A DNA stretch of 32,800 nt, taken from assembly GCA_964621845.1 (NCBI GenBank), contig CAZUOL010000020.1:1-32800 (forward strand). The letters are read 5' to 3'. Below are positions 16,921 to 26,100 of this stretch, piece after piece (positions within the stretch are counted from its first letter, which is position 1; each line of letters starts with the position of its first letter). A model generated the notes under the pieces. It worked only from the letters and a program-made list of their open reading frames with translations. It was not told the origin of the DNA and did no database searches. The stretch is from an uncultured Candidatus Saccharibacteria bacterium (lineage in GTDB: Bacteria > Patescibacteriota > Saccharimonadia > Saccharimonadales > UBA7683). The translations under genes and the position numbers were made by a program.

Positions 16921-18341
16921 TGCCAAATTGGGAACCTATCGCTAAGATTGTTGATGATGTTCGCACTGGTACGATTACCGCTCGAGCGAATGTTGAAAAA
17001 GCTCTTAAGCTCATTGAAGAGCATAAAGAGTTCCAGGCAATTATAGCAACTATTCATTCACGCGCTCTCGAGCGAGCGGCACAAATTGATGAACAAGTGC
17101 AGCGTGGCGAAAACCCTGGTCGGCTTTGTGGCGTACCATTTATTGCGAAAGATAATTTTTTAGTGTTTGGAGCTGAAACGACTGCAGCAAGCAACATACT
17201 CAAGGGTTTTGAGGCACCGTACCAGGCTACTGTTATTGAAAAGCTAGAAGAAGAAGGAGCCATATGTGTAGCAAAGGCCAATATGGATGCTTATGGACAT
17301 GGTGCATCAACTGAAAATAGTGATTTTTTTACGACGAAAAATCCACATGATGTCACCCGGGTTGCTGGTGGTTCATCAGGTGGTTCGGCGGCTGCAACGG
17401 CGCTCGGACTCGTGCCCTTTTCAGTTGGCACAGACACTGGGGGTTCAATCCGTCAGCCTGCAAGCTTCACTGGAACGGTTGGGCTACGACCTTCTTATGG
17501 CCTCGTTTCGAGATCAGGTGTTATTGCTATGGCCAGCAGCACTGACACAATTGGCGTACTGACCAATACGGTTGAAGAAACAGCGCTGTTAATTGATATT
17601 ATTGCCGGTCAGGATCCACTTGATAGCACCACCATACCACGTCAAGAAGACTATACGGTACTTGATACAAGCTTAAAAAACAAAAAGATCGGTGTCATCA
17701 AAGAATATTTTGGCGACGGGCTTGATGCTGGGGTAAGGGTAAGTATTGATAATGCAATAGAACAATTGAAAAAAGCTGGCGCTGACATAAAAGAAGTAAG
17801 CCTGCCAAGTCTGCCCCTTGCTCTTGCTGTCTACTATATTGTTTGCCTTGCTGAGATTAGCTCAAATCTTGCTCGATATGATGGTCAGCGATTCGGTCAT
17901 TTTGAAGGTACTGCGAAGGATCTTGATGAAAGCTATGCAAAGTCACGCCAGATTGGGTTTGGCGCCGAAGCAAAGCGCCGGATTATGATTGGCACCTATG
18001 TTCTTTCGAGCGGATATTATGATGCATACTACAAAAAGGCTCAAACGGTGCGAACAAAGCTTATCACCGAGTTTAACGAAGCGTTCAAATCAGTAGATTT
18101 TCTATTAGGCCCGGTGTTCCCGACGACTGCTTTCAAAATTGGCGAGAACACAAGCGACCCGCTCGCAATGTATCTTGGGGATATAATGACCGTGAGTGCC
18201 AGTATGGTTGGGGTGCCAGCAATGAGCGTACCTTGCGAAATGGCTGATGGATTACCGGTTGGTTTACAACTGATTGCACCGCAGCGTCATGATAAAGAGT
18301 TACTAGGTCTTGCCAAGGCCTTCGAGGAACTTTCAAAATGA
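16920..18341 (+). CDS. gatA: Asp/Glu-tRNA amidotransferase subunit A
   Basis: Amidase signature GGSSGGSAAA and GTDTGGSIRQPA. Confidence 0.95.
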   Translation: MPNWEPIAKIVDDVRTGTITARANVEKALKLIEEHKEFQAIIATIHSRALERAAQIDEQVQRGENPGRLCGVPFIAKDNFLVFGAETTAASNILKGFEAPYQATVIEKLEEEGAICVAKANMDAYGHGASTENSDFFTTKNPHDVTRVAGGSSGGSAAATALGLVPFSVGTDTGGSIRQPASFTGTVGLRPSYGLVSRSGVIAMASSTDTIGVLTNTVEETALLIDIIAGQDPLDSTTIPRQEDYTVLDTSLKNKKIGVIKEYFGDGLDAGVRVSIDNAIEQLKKAGADIKEVSLPSLPLALAVYYIVCLAEISSNLARYDGQRFGHFEGTAKDLDESYAKSRQIGFGAEAKRRIMIGTYVLSSGYYDAYYKKAQTVRTKLITEFNEAFKSVDFLLGPVFPTTAFKIGENTSDPLAMYLGDIMTVSASMVGVPAMSVPCEMADGLPVGLQLIAPQRHDKELLGLAKAFEELSK

Positions 18342-19792
18342 TTACGAAAGAGTTAAAGCAGCAATATACCGTTACCATAGGCATTGAGTGTCACGTGCAA
18401 TTGAAAACCAAAAGCAAACTGTTTTCTGGCGAAGAAAACGATGCGCGGGGCAAGGCTCCAAACACGACTGTTGGTCACGTGAGCTTTGGTATGCCTGGCG
18501 CTCTACCGGTGCTCAACAAAGAAGCCGTTCACCTTGCAAGCAAAGCGGCATTTGCACTAAACACCGAGCCCCAAAAGTTCTCTAAATTCGACCGGAAACA
18601 CTATTTTTATCCAGATTTACCAAAAGGCTATCAAATTAGCCAATTTGAAGAGCCGATTATTCTCGGCGGCTTTGTTGAAATAGCAGTTGATGGTGAAAAA
18701 AAGAAGATTGGTATTACCCGTGCACATATGGAAGAAGACGCCGGTAAATCAACCCACCCAGCTGGCAAAGATTACTCTCTGGTTGATTTGAACCGAGCTG
18801 GTACACCACTGCTTGAGATTGTTTCAGAGCCCGATCTGCACTCAGCAGCCGAGGCGAAAGCCTACGCCCACGAACTGTACCTATTGATGAAATACGCTGA
18901 CGTAAGTGATGTCAATTTGTATCATGGCAACATGCGCTTTGATGTAAACGTATCTGTGAGCAAAACCAGCACGCTTGGCACACGAACTGAGACAAAAAAT
19001 CTTAACAGCTTTAAGGCGGTTGAAAAGGCGGTTGAATATGAGGTCCAGCGTCAAATTGAAGTGCTCGAAAAAGGCGGCCAGATCATTCAAGAAACGCGTG
19101 GCTGGGATGATGCAAAACAAAAGACCTTCTCTCAGCGCACAAAAGAGGACGCCCATGATTACCGGTATATGCCCGAGCCTGACGTCCCGCCGATTGTTCT
19201 CACTGATAAATACATTGCCGAAGTAAAGGCCGAAATGCCTGCTTTACCAAACGAATATCGTAGGGAGTTCACAAAAATCGGCCTCACTCCCGAAGCTGTC
19301 GAGGATATCTTAAGTGTTCCAGAAAGTGCGAAGACTGTGCATAGAATGCTTGGAGCTTCTGGCTCCAGTGACGAACATGCCAAGGTGATTGCAGTACAGC
19401 TGTTGAGAACAAAATCTCATTCTGACGATGAAACTATCTCACATGCAGAAGCTGATATTTCTGTAAACAAGTTAGTGAAGTTTGCGCAAATGGTCATCGA
19501 TGGCAAGGTCAGCTCAACCAACGCTAAAGTTATTTTTGATGAAATGTACATGACCGGTGAGGACCCACAGAAGATTGCAGAACAGAAAAAACTATTGCAG
19601 GTTTCGGACGAAGGCGCAATTGAAAGCATTGTCGCAGAAGTTTTAGCCGAAAACGAAAAGGCCGCTGAAGACGTCAAAAACGGCGAAATGAAGGCCATCG
19701 GCTTCTTAGTAGGACAGGTGATGGCAAAATCTAAAGGTCAAGCAAACCCAGGTCTTGCCCAGCAAATCATCAAAAGACAGTTAGGCCTCTAG
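18338..19792 (+). CDS. gatB: Asp/Glu-tRNA amidotransferase subunit B
   Basis: IGIECHVQL, HMEEDAGKS, NLNSF and a C-terminal GatB/YqeY tail. ATGA overlap with gatA. Confidence 0.95.
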   Translation: MITKELKQQYTVTIGIECHVQLKTKSKLFSGEENDARGKAPNTTVGHVSFGMPGALPVLNKEAVHLASKAAFALNTEPQKFSKFDRKHYFYPDLPKGYQISQFEEPIILGGFVEIAVDGEKKKIGITRAHMEEDAGKSTHPAGKDYSLVDLNRAGTPLLEIVSEPDLHSAAEAKAYAHELYLLMKYADVSDVNLYHGNMRFDVNVSVSKTSTLGTRTETKNLNSFKAVEKAVEYEVQRQIEVLEKGGQIIQETRGWDDAKQKTFSQRTKEDAHDYRYMPEPDVPPIVLTDKYIAEVKAEMPALPNEYRREFTKIGLTPEAVEDILSVPESAKTVHRMLGASGSSDEHAKVIAVQLLRTKSHSDDETISHAEADISVNKLVKFAQMVIDGKVSSTNAKVIFDEMYMTGEDPQKIAEQKKLLQVSDEGAIESIVAEVLAENEKAAEDVKNGEMKAIGFLVGQVMAKSKGQANPGLAQQIIKRQLGL

Positions 19793-20506
19793 AGCCGCCG
19801 ACTGTACAATCGCCTCTTGCATAAGTGCATGTGCAAGGCTCTCAACAAGTTGAAACGATTCAGAGCTGGCATGCAGATATTGAGGTCGAAGGCTTAGGCC
19901 TGTATCGTCGTATTCAGGCAATGCGAGCCCCATAAATCTTTGAAATGGTCCATACGGCTTTTCTATGTATGAACGATCACAAATTCTTGAGTTGCTATTA
20001 CTCACATATCCATTGCTACATATAACGGCCAAATCTGTACCTTCAACAATTCTTTGATCGGAGTCTCTGCGCATGCCGTTTCTAATGCGTATCTTCTCAA
20101 ACGAACTAATATGATCCTCAGTTTTCACTAATGGCCGTACAAAACGTGTGCCACCTCTTGCGTAGCTGTAGTGGCTTTGATCGGGCTGATATTCTGGTAT
20201 ATGAGTTGCGATAACCCTGAAGCGAAGAGCGTCGTTGGTTATACCTAGACGATCTTTTTGAGCGGTTTGTGTGACGGGCAGCCAGTCTGTTGTTCTCCTC
20301 CATGCATCCCAAAGCCTGCCTGTCCCGATTTTTATACCATGGCGCATTGTGAGCCGCGCAAGCAAAAATGCTAAGTTAGTGTGTGCTGCCACGTTAGATT
20401 CGTCAGTGAAGAAATCTCTGTCAGCCTCTGCCACTTGTTTTTCGCGTGCAACCTGTGCTGCCAACGCATCTTCTTCAAATAGAACACCCGAAACTACTCT
20501 GCTCAT
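19781..20506 (-). CDS. Hypothetical protein (241 aa), no recognisable motif
   Basis: A long ORF that fills the gap between gatB and the divergent promoter region. Its 3' end overlaps gatB by 12 nt. No SD or family recognised. Confidence 0.55.
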   Translation of the reverse strand: MSRVVSGVLFEEDALAAQVAREKQVAEADRDFFTDESNVAAHTNLAFLLARLTMRHGIKIGTGRLWDAWRRTTDWLPVTQTAQKDRLGITNDALRFRVIATHIPEYQPDQSHYSYARGGTRFVRPLVKTEDHISSFEKIRIRNGMRRDSDQRIVEGTDLAVICSNGYVSNSNSRICDRSYIEKPYGPFQRFMGLALPEYDDTGLSLRPQYLHASSESFQLVESLAHALMQEAIVQSAALEA

Positions 20507-20579
20507 ATTCTGACAAAGATAGCATTATCTAGGCAGATATACAACCCAGCACAGCACGAAATAGCTCTGGATTAGCCTA

Positions 20580-20594
20580 ATGACAGTATGTCAT
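20580..20594. promoter_or_regulatory. Inverted repeat ATGACA-gta-TGTCAT over the -35 region of the 20623 operon promoter (operator candidate)
   Basis: The arms are exact reverse complements. The repeat lies 17 nt upstream of the TATAAT at 20611-20616. Confidence 0.3.
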
Positions 20595-20607
20595 GTTCCT
20601 GCGGGGG

Positions 20608-20616
20608 TGGTATAAT
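20608..20616 (+). promoter_or_regulatory. Extended -10 TGgTATAAT, 6 nt before ATG 20623 (leaderless-type)
   Basis: GGGGTGGTATAATGTATGTATGG. Confidence 0.5.
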
Positions 20617-20622
20617 GTATGT

Positions 20623-20889
20623 ATGGACTCATACGACATATTAGTAATTATACTTTCAATCATGCTTGCAATATTTTTATTGCTTAGCATCATAGCGCTG
20701 GTGTACATAGTTAAGTTTACAAAAAACATTAAAGAAATTTCAGATAAGGCCAAGGATCTCGTAGATAACGCGAGCAGTGCTGCGGCCATGATGAAAAAAG
20801 CAGCTGCGCCCGCTGTCGTTGCTAAATTCGTGGCAGAACAGATAAGTGAAGCGGTAAAAAAGCACAACAAAGGCTCTAAGGAGGAGTAA
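20623..20889 (+). CDS. DUF948/YtxG-like small membrane-anchored protein
   Basis: N-terminal TM helix ILVIILSIMLAIFLLLSIIALVYIV followed by a helical K/A/D-rich region. Sits upstream of a YtxH gene, as in the Bacillus ytxGH arrangement. ATG 20623 is preferred over 20593. Confidence 0.55.
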   Translation: MDSYDILVIILSIMLAIFLLLSIIALVYIVKFTKNIKEISDKAKDLVDNASSAAAMMKKAAAPAVVAKFVAEQISEAVKKHNKGSKEE

Positions 20890-21302
20890 TGGCAAAAGGT
20901 AAAAAATTTGGACTAGGAATTTTAATTGGTACAGTAGTCGGCGTCGTGGCAGGCTTGTTGACAGCGCCGAAATCAGGCAAAGAAACGCGCAAAGATATTA
21001 AAAACAAAGCCAAAGAGGTGAAGGGGATTGCAGAACGAAAGCTAAAAGAAGCGTATAAAGAGCTCGGTGTACTAGCAGCAGAGGCGGGTGTGCAGGCAGA
21101 TAAGCTCAAGGGCAAGGCAAAAGATGAATGGGCTGAGCTTGCTAAAAAGGCGGAGTTGTTAAAGGGGCAGGTTAAGGCAGCGATTACGTCAATTAAGAGT
21201 GGTGATGATGATCATGATGAAGCGACCATTGACCAATTGCTTGCCGACTTTGTTGCTTTGAAGAACAAAGTTGCTAAGAAAGCAAAAGAACTTAAGAAAT
21301 AG
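20889..21302 (+). CDS. YtxH domain-containing protein
   Basis: FGLGILIGTVVGVVAGLLTAPKSGKETRKDIKNKAKE is the characteristic YtxH N-terminus. SD AGGAGG lies upstream, with a TAATG overlap to the previous gene. Confidence 0.8.
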   Translation: MAKGKKFGLGILIGTVVGVVAGLLTAPKSGKETRKDIKNKAKEVKGIAERKLKEAYKELGVLAAEAGVQADKLKGKAKDEWAELAKKAELLKGQVKAAITSIKSGDDDHDEATIDQLLADFVALKNKVAKKAKELKK

Positions 21303-21312
21303 CGAGTATTGG

Positions 21313-21636
21313 GTGGAGCACACAGAGCAACAGGGTATCTCAGAAAAAAAGAAGATACGACATGGTACGCCGAACAGTTTAGATACGCGGGCTGCGGTAG
21401 AGGCGCTTGAGTATTTGCTTGCAGCTGGCTATGTAAGCAAAAAGCGCCTGTATTTTGCCAACTTTATGCGTGGCATCTTCTTTAGCCTCGGTACCATCGT
21501 TGGGATAGCGCTTGTTGCAACGGTTGTTATTGGAGTACTCGATCAGTTTGATGTAAAGCCGGTAAACAATTTAAAGATAAACATTCAGAAGGCGCTAGAA
21601 GTAAAGGGCAACACCACTCAGGCGACGCCGGAGTAA
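21313..21636 (+). CDS. DUF5665-like small membrane protein; start uncertain
   Basis: KRLYFANFMRGIFFSLGTIVGIALVATVVIGVL matches my recollection of the DUF5665 core. Start candidates are GTG 21313 or TTG 21271. Confidence 0.5.
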   Translation: MEHTEQQGISEKKKIRHGTPNSLDTRAAVEALEYLLAAGYVSKKRLYFANFMRGIFFSLGTIVGIALVATVVIGVLDQFDVKPVNNLKINIQKALEVKGNTTQATPE

Positions 21637-21662
21637 GGAAGCACTGTCGAACGATAATGCCA

Positions 21663-22760
21663 CTAGTCAAGTGCGATGGTGTAGGTACCCGGAGTGAGTG
21701 TATGTGCATCAGTGGTGGTCAAAAAAACTTGATAGTTTTTAAAACCAGCTAAAATCTGCTCTTGGTGATGGAGATCAAGCTCACTTAAAACATCATCAAA
21801 AAGCAGTATTGGCTTTATGTTGTGTGGTGCATATTGGCGACTCAGCAATTCAGCGTCTAGTAATTTAAGCGCCAATACGATTGTTCGTATTTCACCACGA
21901 GAGGCACGCTCACGGGCTGGTTGGTCACTCAGGCGTATTTCAAAGTCATCACGATGAGGTCCAAAGCCGGTGTGGCCAAGTACTATATCTCGCATAAGTG
22001 AGGTTTCAAGGAAATGCAGTAACTTGTTGGCATATGTTTTCGGGTCAGTGCTGACTCTGCTCTCGTAAGTGAGCAAAATGTTATCAGTACCTCCGAGCTT
22101 ATTGTATTCCTTGGTAATGCCCCGTTGCAGCTCTTTTAGCAAGGCAATCCGCGACGCGACAATTATCTCACTTAAGGCCGAAAGCTGTGTATTCCAAATA
22201 AAAAGCTGATCGATTTCTGTTTTTGATTGTGCATGCGGAGACATTGTTTTCAGAAGACTGTTACGCTGTTTCAGGATACGTTCAAATCGATGCAAGCTCT
22301 CTGCTACCGTGATATCAAGCTGCGAAGTCAGGCTATCGAGATAGGTTCGCCGTTTTTCCGGTGATCCAGTTATCATGCGGCCAATGTCAGGCTCAAACAA
22401 CACAACAGGTAAGCGCTTGGCGAGCGGCATTCGTGCATTCTTTTGTTCGCCGATGTTCCATCGTTTTTGGTATACCCCTTTTGATGCCTGTTCGACAAGT
22501 AGCCTGCGTACGCCGTGTGTCTCCCCAGTGCTCAGTGTTACTTCAAGTACCGCCTGTTTGCGGCCCCAGCGTAGCATTTCTGGTAGACCGCCGCGGAAGC
22601 TTTTGCCGCATAACAGTACATACAACGCCTCTATAAGTGTTGTTTTACCACTACCGTTGGGACCAACAATAGCATTGATGTTTTTATGAAACTGAAAAAA
22701 GGATTGCCTGTGAGAGCGGACGTCTTGAAGTTTTATACTATCAATTATTTGTGCGGCCAT
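21663..22760 (-). CDS. recF: DNA replication and repair protein RecF
   Basis: Walker A GPNGSGKTTLIEA, the SMC-like signature region, and Walker B ILLFDDVLSELD. Confidence 0.92.
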   Translation of the reverse strand: MAAQIIDSIKLQDVRSHRQSFFQFHKNINAIVGPNGSGKTTLIEALYVLLCGKSFRGGLPEMLRWGRKQAVLEVTLSTGETHGVRRLLVEQASKGVYQKRWNIGEQKNARMPLAKRLPVVLFEPDIGRMITGSPEKRRTYLDSLTSQLDITVAESLHRFERILKQRNSLLKTMSPHAQSKTEIDQLFIWNTQLSALSEIIVASRIALLKELQRGITKEYNKLGGTDNILLTYESRVSTDPKTYANKLLHFLETSLMRDIVLGHTGFGPHRDDFEIRLSDQPARERASRGEIRTIVLALKLLDAELLSRQYAPHNIKPILLFDDVLSELDLHHQEQILAGFKNYQVFLTTTDAHTLTPGTYTIALD

Positions 22761-22768
22761 ATCTATAC

Positions 22769-22774
22769 AGTATA
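22769..22774 (-). promoter_or_regulatory. -10 box TATACT (minus strand), 8 nt before the recF ATG
   Basis: The minus strand reads GCGTATACTGTATAGATATG. Confidence 0.4.
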
Positions 22775-22783
22775 CGCTATCTG

Positions 22784-22812
22784 TTGACAGTGCTTCTTGA
22801 GGTGTTCATAAT
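22784..22812 (+). promoter_or_regulatory. Near-consensus sigma70 promoter TTGACA-17 nt-CATAAT
   Basis: TTGACA at 22784-22789, CATAAT at 22807-22812, then AGGAG at 22819-22823 and ATG 22831. Confidence 0.5.
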
Positions 22813-22830
22813 GCCCAAAAGGAGTGAGGT

Positions 22831-23124
22831 ATGTTGTATAAATCAGCTGAATATTTAGCTACTGTGAGGAGAGGTATTCGTAACATGGGTTCACGCATCA
22901 TTGATTGGGCCGTAAGCGGACCTGAACTAGAGCAAATCGTGGAAGCTGATAAGCCAGGTGTGCAGTGTGTAGAATGGAACCCGGGAATCAAAGACGCAGT
23001 TATCTTATGTGCGATTGGCATTGAATACGCTGGCGTAGGGATCGAGGCGGCTAAAATACTCGGGAGATGTATGCTTGATGAAGCAGTTGAGAGAATGTGC
23101 GACCGCGTACGGTTCCTAAGCTAG
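22831..23124 (+). CDS. Hypothetical 97-aa protein
   Basis: The only gene in the window with a full -35/-10 promoter plus a strong SD. No motif recognised. Confidence 0.55.
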   Translation: MLYKSAEYLATVRRGIRNMGSRIIDWAVSGPELEQIVEADKPGVQCVEWNPGIKDAVILCAIGIEYAGVGIEAAKILGRCMLDEAVERMCDRVRFLS

Positions 23125-23125
23125 A

Positions 23126-23134
23126 TGATATAAT
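23126..23134 (+). promoter_or_regulatory. Extended -10 TGaTATAAT, 9 nt before the dnaE ATG 23144
   Basis: AGATGATATAATGAACGTACTATGG. Confidence 0.45.
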
Positions 23135-23143
23135 GAACGTACT

Positions 23144-26100
23144 ATGGGAGTAAAACAAACACTGAAAGCCAGTGATTATGTGCATCTGCACAATCATACG
23201 CAGTACAGCTTGCTTGATGGCCTCACAAAGATCCCAAAGCTCATAGATTTTGTGAAAATAGACGGTATGGAGGCGGTTGCCATGACAGATCATGGGACTC
23301 TTTCTGGAGCAATTGATTTTTACAAAACGGCAAACGCTCAGGGTATAAAGCCACTCATTGGCATTGAAACCTACGTAGCGGCGCGCAACCATACTGATAA
23401 AGACCCTCAAAAAGATAAGGCGCGTTTTCATCTTATTCTGATTGCGATGAACAACAAGGGATACGAAAACTTGATGCGGCTTTCTACTATCGCGAATCTT
23501 GAGGGGTATTACTATTATCCGCGCATTGATCACGAACTGCTCGAAAAATATAACGAAGGACTTCTTGTGACCAGTGCATGTATGGGTGGCGAGGTTGGCC
23601 AAGCACTTAAAGAGGGCGACGTTAGGAAAGCTGAAAAAATAGCTGCGTGGTATAAATCAGTGTTTGGCGATAGGTACTACCTGGAGATTCAAGATCACGG
23701 TCACCCGAAAAATTCGCTCTATAACAAAGAGCAGGGGGACATAAACAAGGCGGTACTTGCACTTGGTAAAAAGCTTGATATTCAGGTGGTGCTTACGTGT
23801 GACGCACACTACCTGCAACACGAAGATCAAGAGGCTCATGAAGCACTTCTTTGTGTTGGCACGGGAGCATACTTAAGTGACGAAGGCCGGATGAGTTTAA
23901 AAGACTTTCCTTTGCACGTAGTTTCGGCTCACGAACTGATTGATCGATGGGGTGGTGAGCATCCTGAGGTCATCTCTAACACGAAGGCCTTGGCCGATCG
24001 CTGTGAGCTCACACTTGAATTGGGAAAAATCCTCATACCAAAGTTCCCAGTTCCGAAAGGCGAAGACGAAAAGAGCTATTTGCATAAATTAGTGTATCGC
24101 GGCCTTGCCTGGCGCTACGGTGCTGTTGAAGAAGCGAGGGCTCATCGGATTACTGAAGAAGAGGCGAAGAAGACGCTCCCTCCTGAAATACTGGAACGTG
24201 CCCAGTTTGAGTTAGGCGTCATTGATAAAATGGGCTTCAACGGGTATTTTTTAATTGTTCAAGATTTTATTAACTGGGGCAAAAACCAGGGCATTGTTTT
24301 TGGACCTGGTCGCGGGTCTGCAGCAGGGTCAATTGTTGCCTTTGCGCTCAGAATCACGGAGCTTGACCCGATCAAATACGATCTACTATTCGAGCGCTTT
24401 CTAAACCCTGATCGTATCAGTATGCCAGATATTGATATTGATATTCAGGATACGCGAAGAAATGAGGTCATAGAATATTGTGCCAATAAATACGGGCACG
24501 ATCACGTGGCAAACATTGTTACGTTTGGCACGATGGCTGCGCGGGCCGCCATCCGCGACGTTGCACGAGTTATGCAAGTGCCTTACGCCGAAGCGGATCG
24601 TCTCTCTAAGCTGGTACCACCACCTGTTCAGGGTCGACATATTCCACTGGCGACCAGTATAAAAGAAGACCCTGATTTAAAGCGAGAATACGAAGAGAAC
24701 TCAACCTCTAAAGAAGTGATCGATTTAGCTATACGGCTAGAAGGCACCATTCGATCACATGGTGTGCACGCGGCAGGTGTGGTGATTGCACCAGATGACA
24801 TTGTTAAGTTTGTGCCACTCGAAATGGCCCAAAAGGGGGTTGTTTCAACCCAATATGCCATGGGGCCAGTTGAAGAGCTCGGGCTGCTAAAGATGGACTT
24901 CTTAGGGCTATCTAACCTTACGATCATTCGCAACGCCCTGAGGATTATCAAAAGGGTATATGGTCGGGCGATTGAATTTGATGAAATTCCGCTTGATGAT
25001 ATGAAAACTTTTGAACTATTTCAACGCGGCGATACTACCGGTGTTTTTCAGCTTGAATCAGCAGGCATGAAGCGCTATTTAAAAGAGCTCAAGCCGACCG
25101 CTTTTGATGACATTATCGCAATGGTGGCGTTATACCGCCCTGGACCGATGCAATTTATTGGCGATTTTATAGCTCGTAAGCATGGCGAAAAAGAAATAAC
25201 GTATTTACACCCTGGTTTAGAAAATTCGCTGAAAAGCACCTACGGCATCCTAGTTTATCAAGAGCAGTTCATGCAAATCTCAAAAGAATGGTGTGGTTTT
25301 ACGGGCGGACAGGCAGACACCCTGCGTAAAGCAGTCGGTAAAAAGAAGATAGATCTCATGCGAAAAATGAAGATCGAATTTGTAGAAGGCGCCATCAAAA
25401 ACGGAGGTGCTGACCAACTGGTGGCTGAAAAATTCTGGGATCAACTCGAAGAGTTCGCCAACTATTGTTTTAATAAGTCTCATGCCGCGTGCTACGGGCT
25501 TATTGCCTACTGGACCGCATACCTTAAAGCCCACTACCCCGACGCTTTCATGGCTGCGCTCATGACTAGTGATGCAGACGATATCGATCGCCTTGCGATA
25601 GAAATTAACGAGTGTCGCCATATGGGCATTGAAGTGCTCTCACCAGATGTCAATGAGTCATTTGTTGAGTTTGGGGTGGTCAAAGGTAAAAAACAGATTC
25701 GCTTTGGGATGAGTGCCATAAAAAACGTCGGTGTTGGTGCTGTCGAGGAGATTATTCGTGTGCGTGAAGAAGGCGGACATTTTAAGCATATTCATGATTT
25801 TGTTTCCCGTGTCGACACCCGAAAAGTAAACCGCAAAGTATGGGAAAGCCTGATCAAATCAGGAGCGTTTGACTCTTTTGGCGAAACACGTGGCGATTTG
25901 CTCTTTAATTTAGATGCCCTATTGGCGCTTGGCTCAAAGATTCAAAAAGAGCGAGAAACCAACCAGGCAGATATCTTCGGTGGTTTAGACGATGCCTCAC
26001 CTAGTATCACGCCGCAGTTTGTATTCGAGAAGGCACCGGAACAAATGGCGGAGCGTGATGCATTGCTGTTCGAGCGTGAGCTACTTGGTTTGTATTTGAG

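Noticed and set aside
23051-23602. 183-aa minus-strand ORF, and similar long antisense ORFs at 29542-29994, 6760-7113, 13060-13401, 10698-11021, 24628-24951, 25280-25621 and 26081-26404
   Set aside because: All lie entirely antisense to strongly conserved genes (dnaE, malic enzyme, Nudix, the ATPase, tkt). They have odd composition and no start signals, so they are shadow ORFs.
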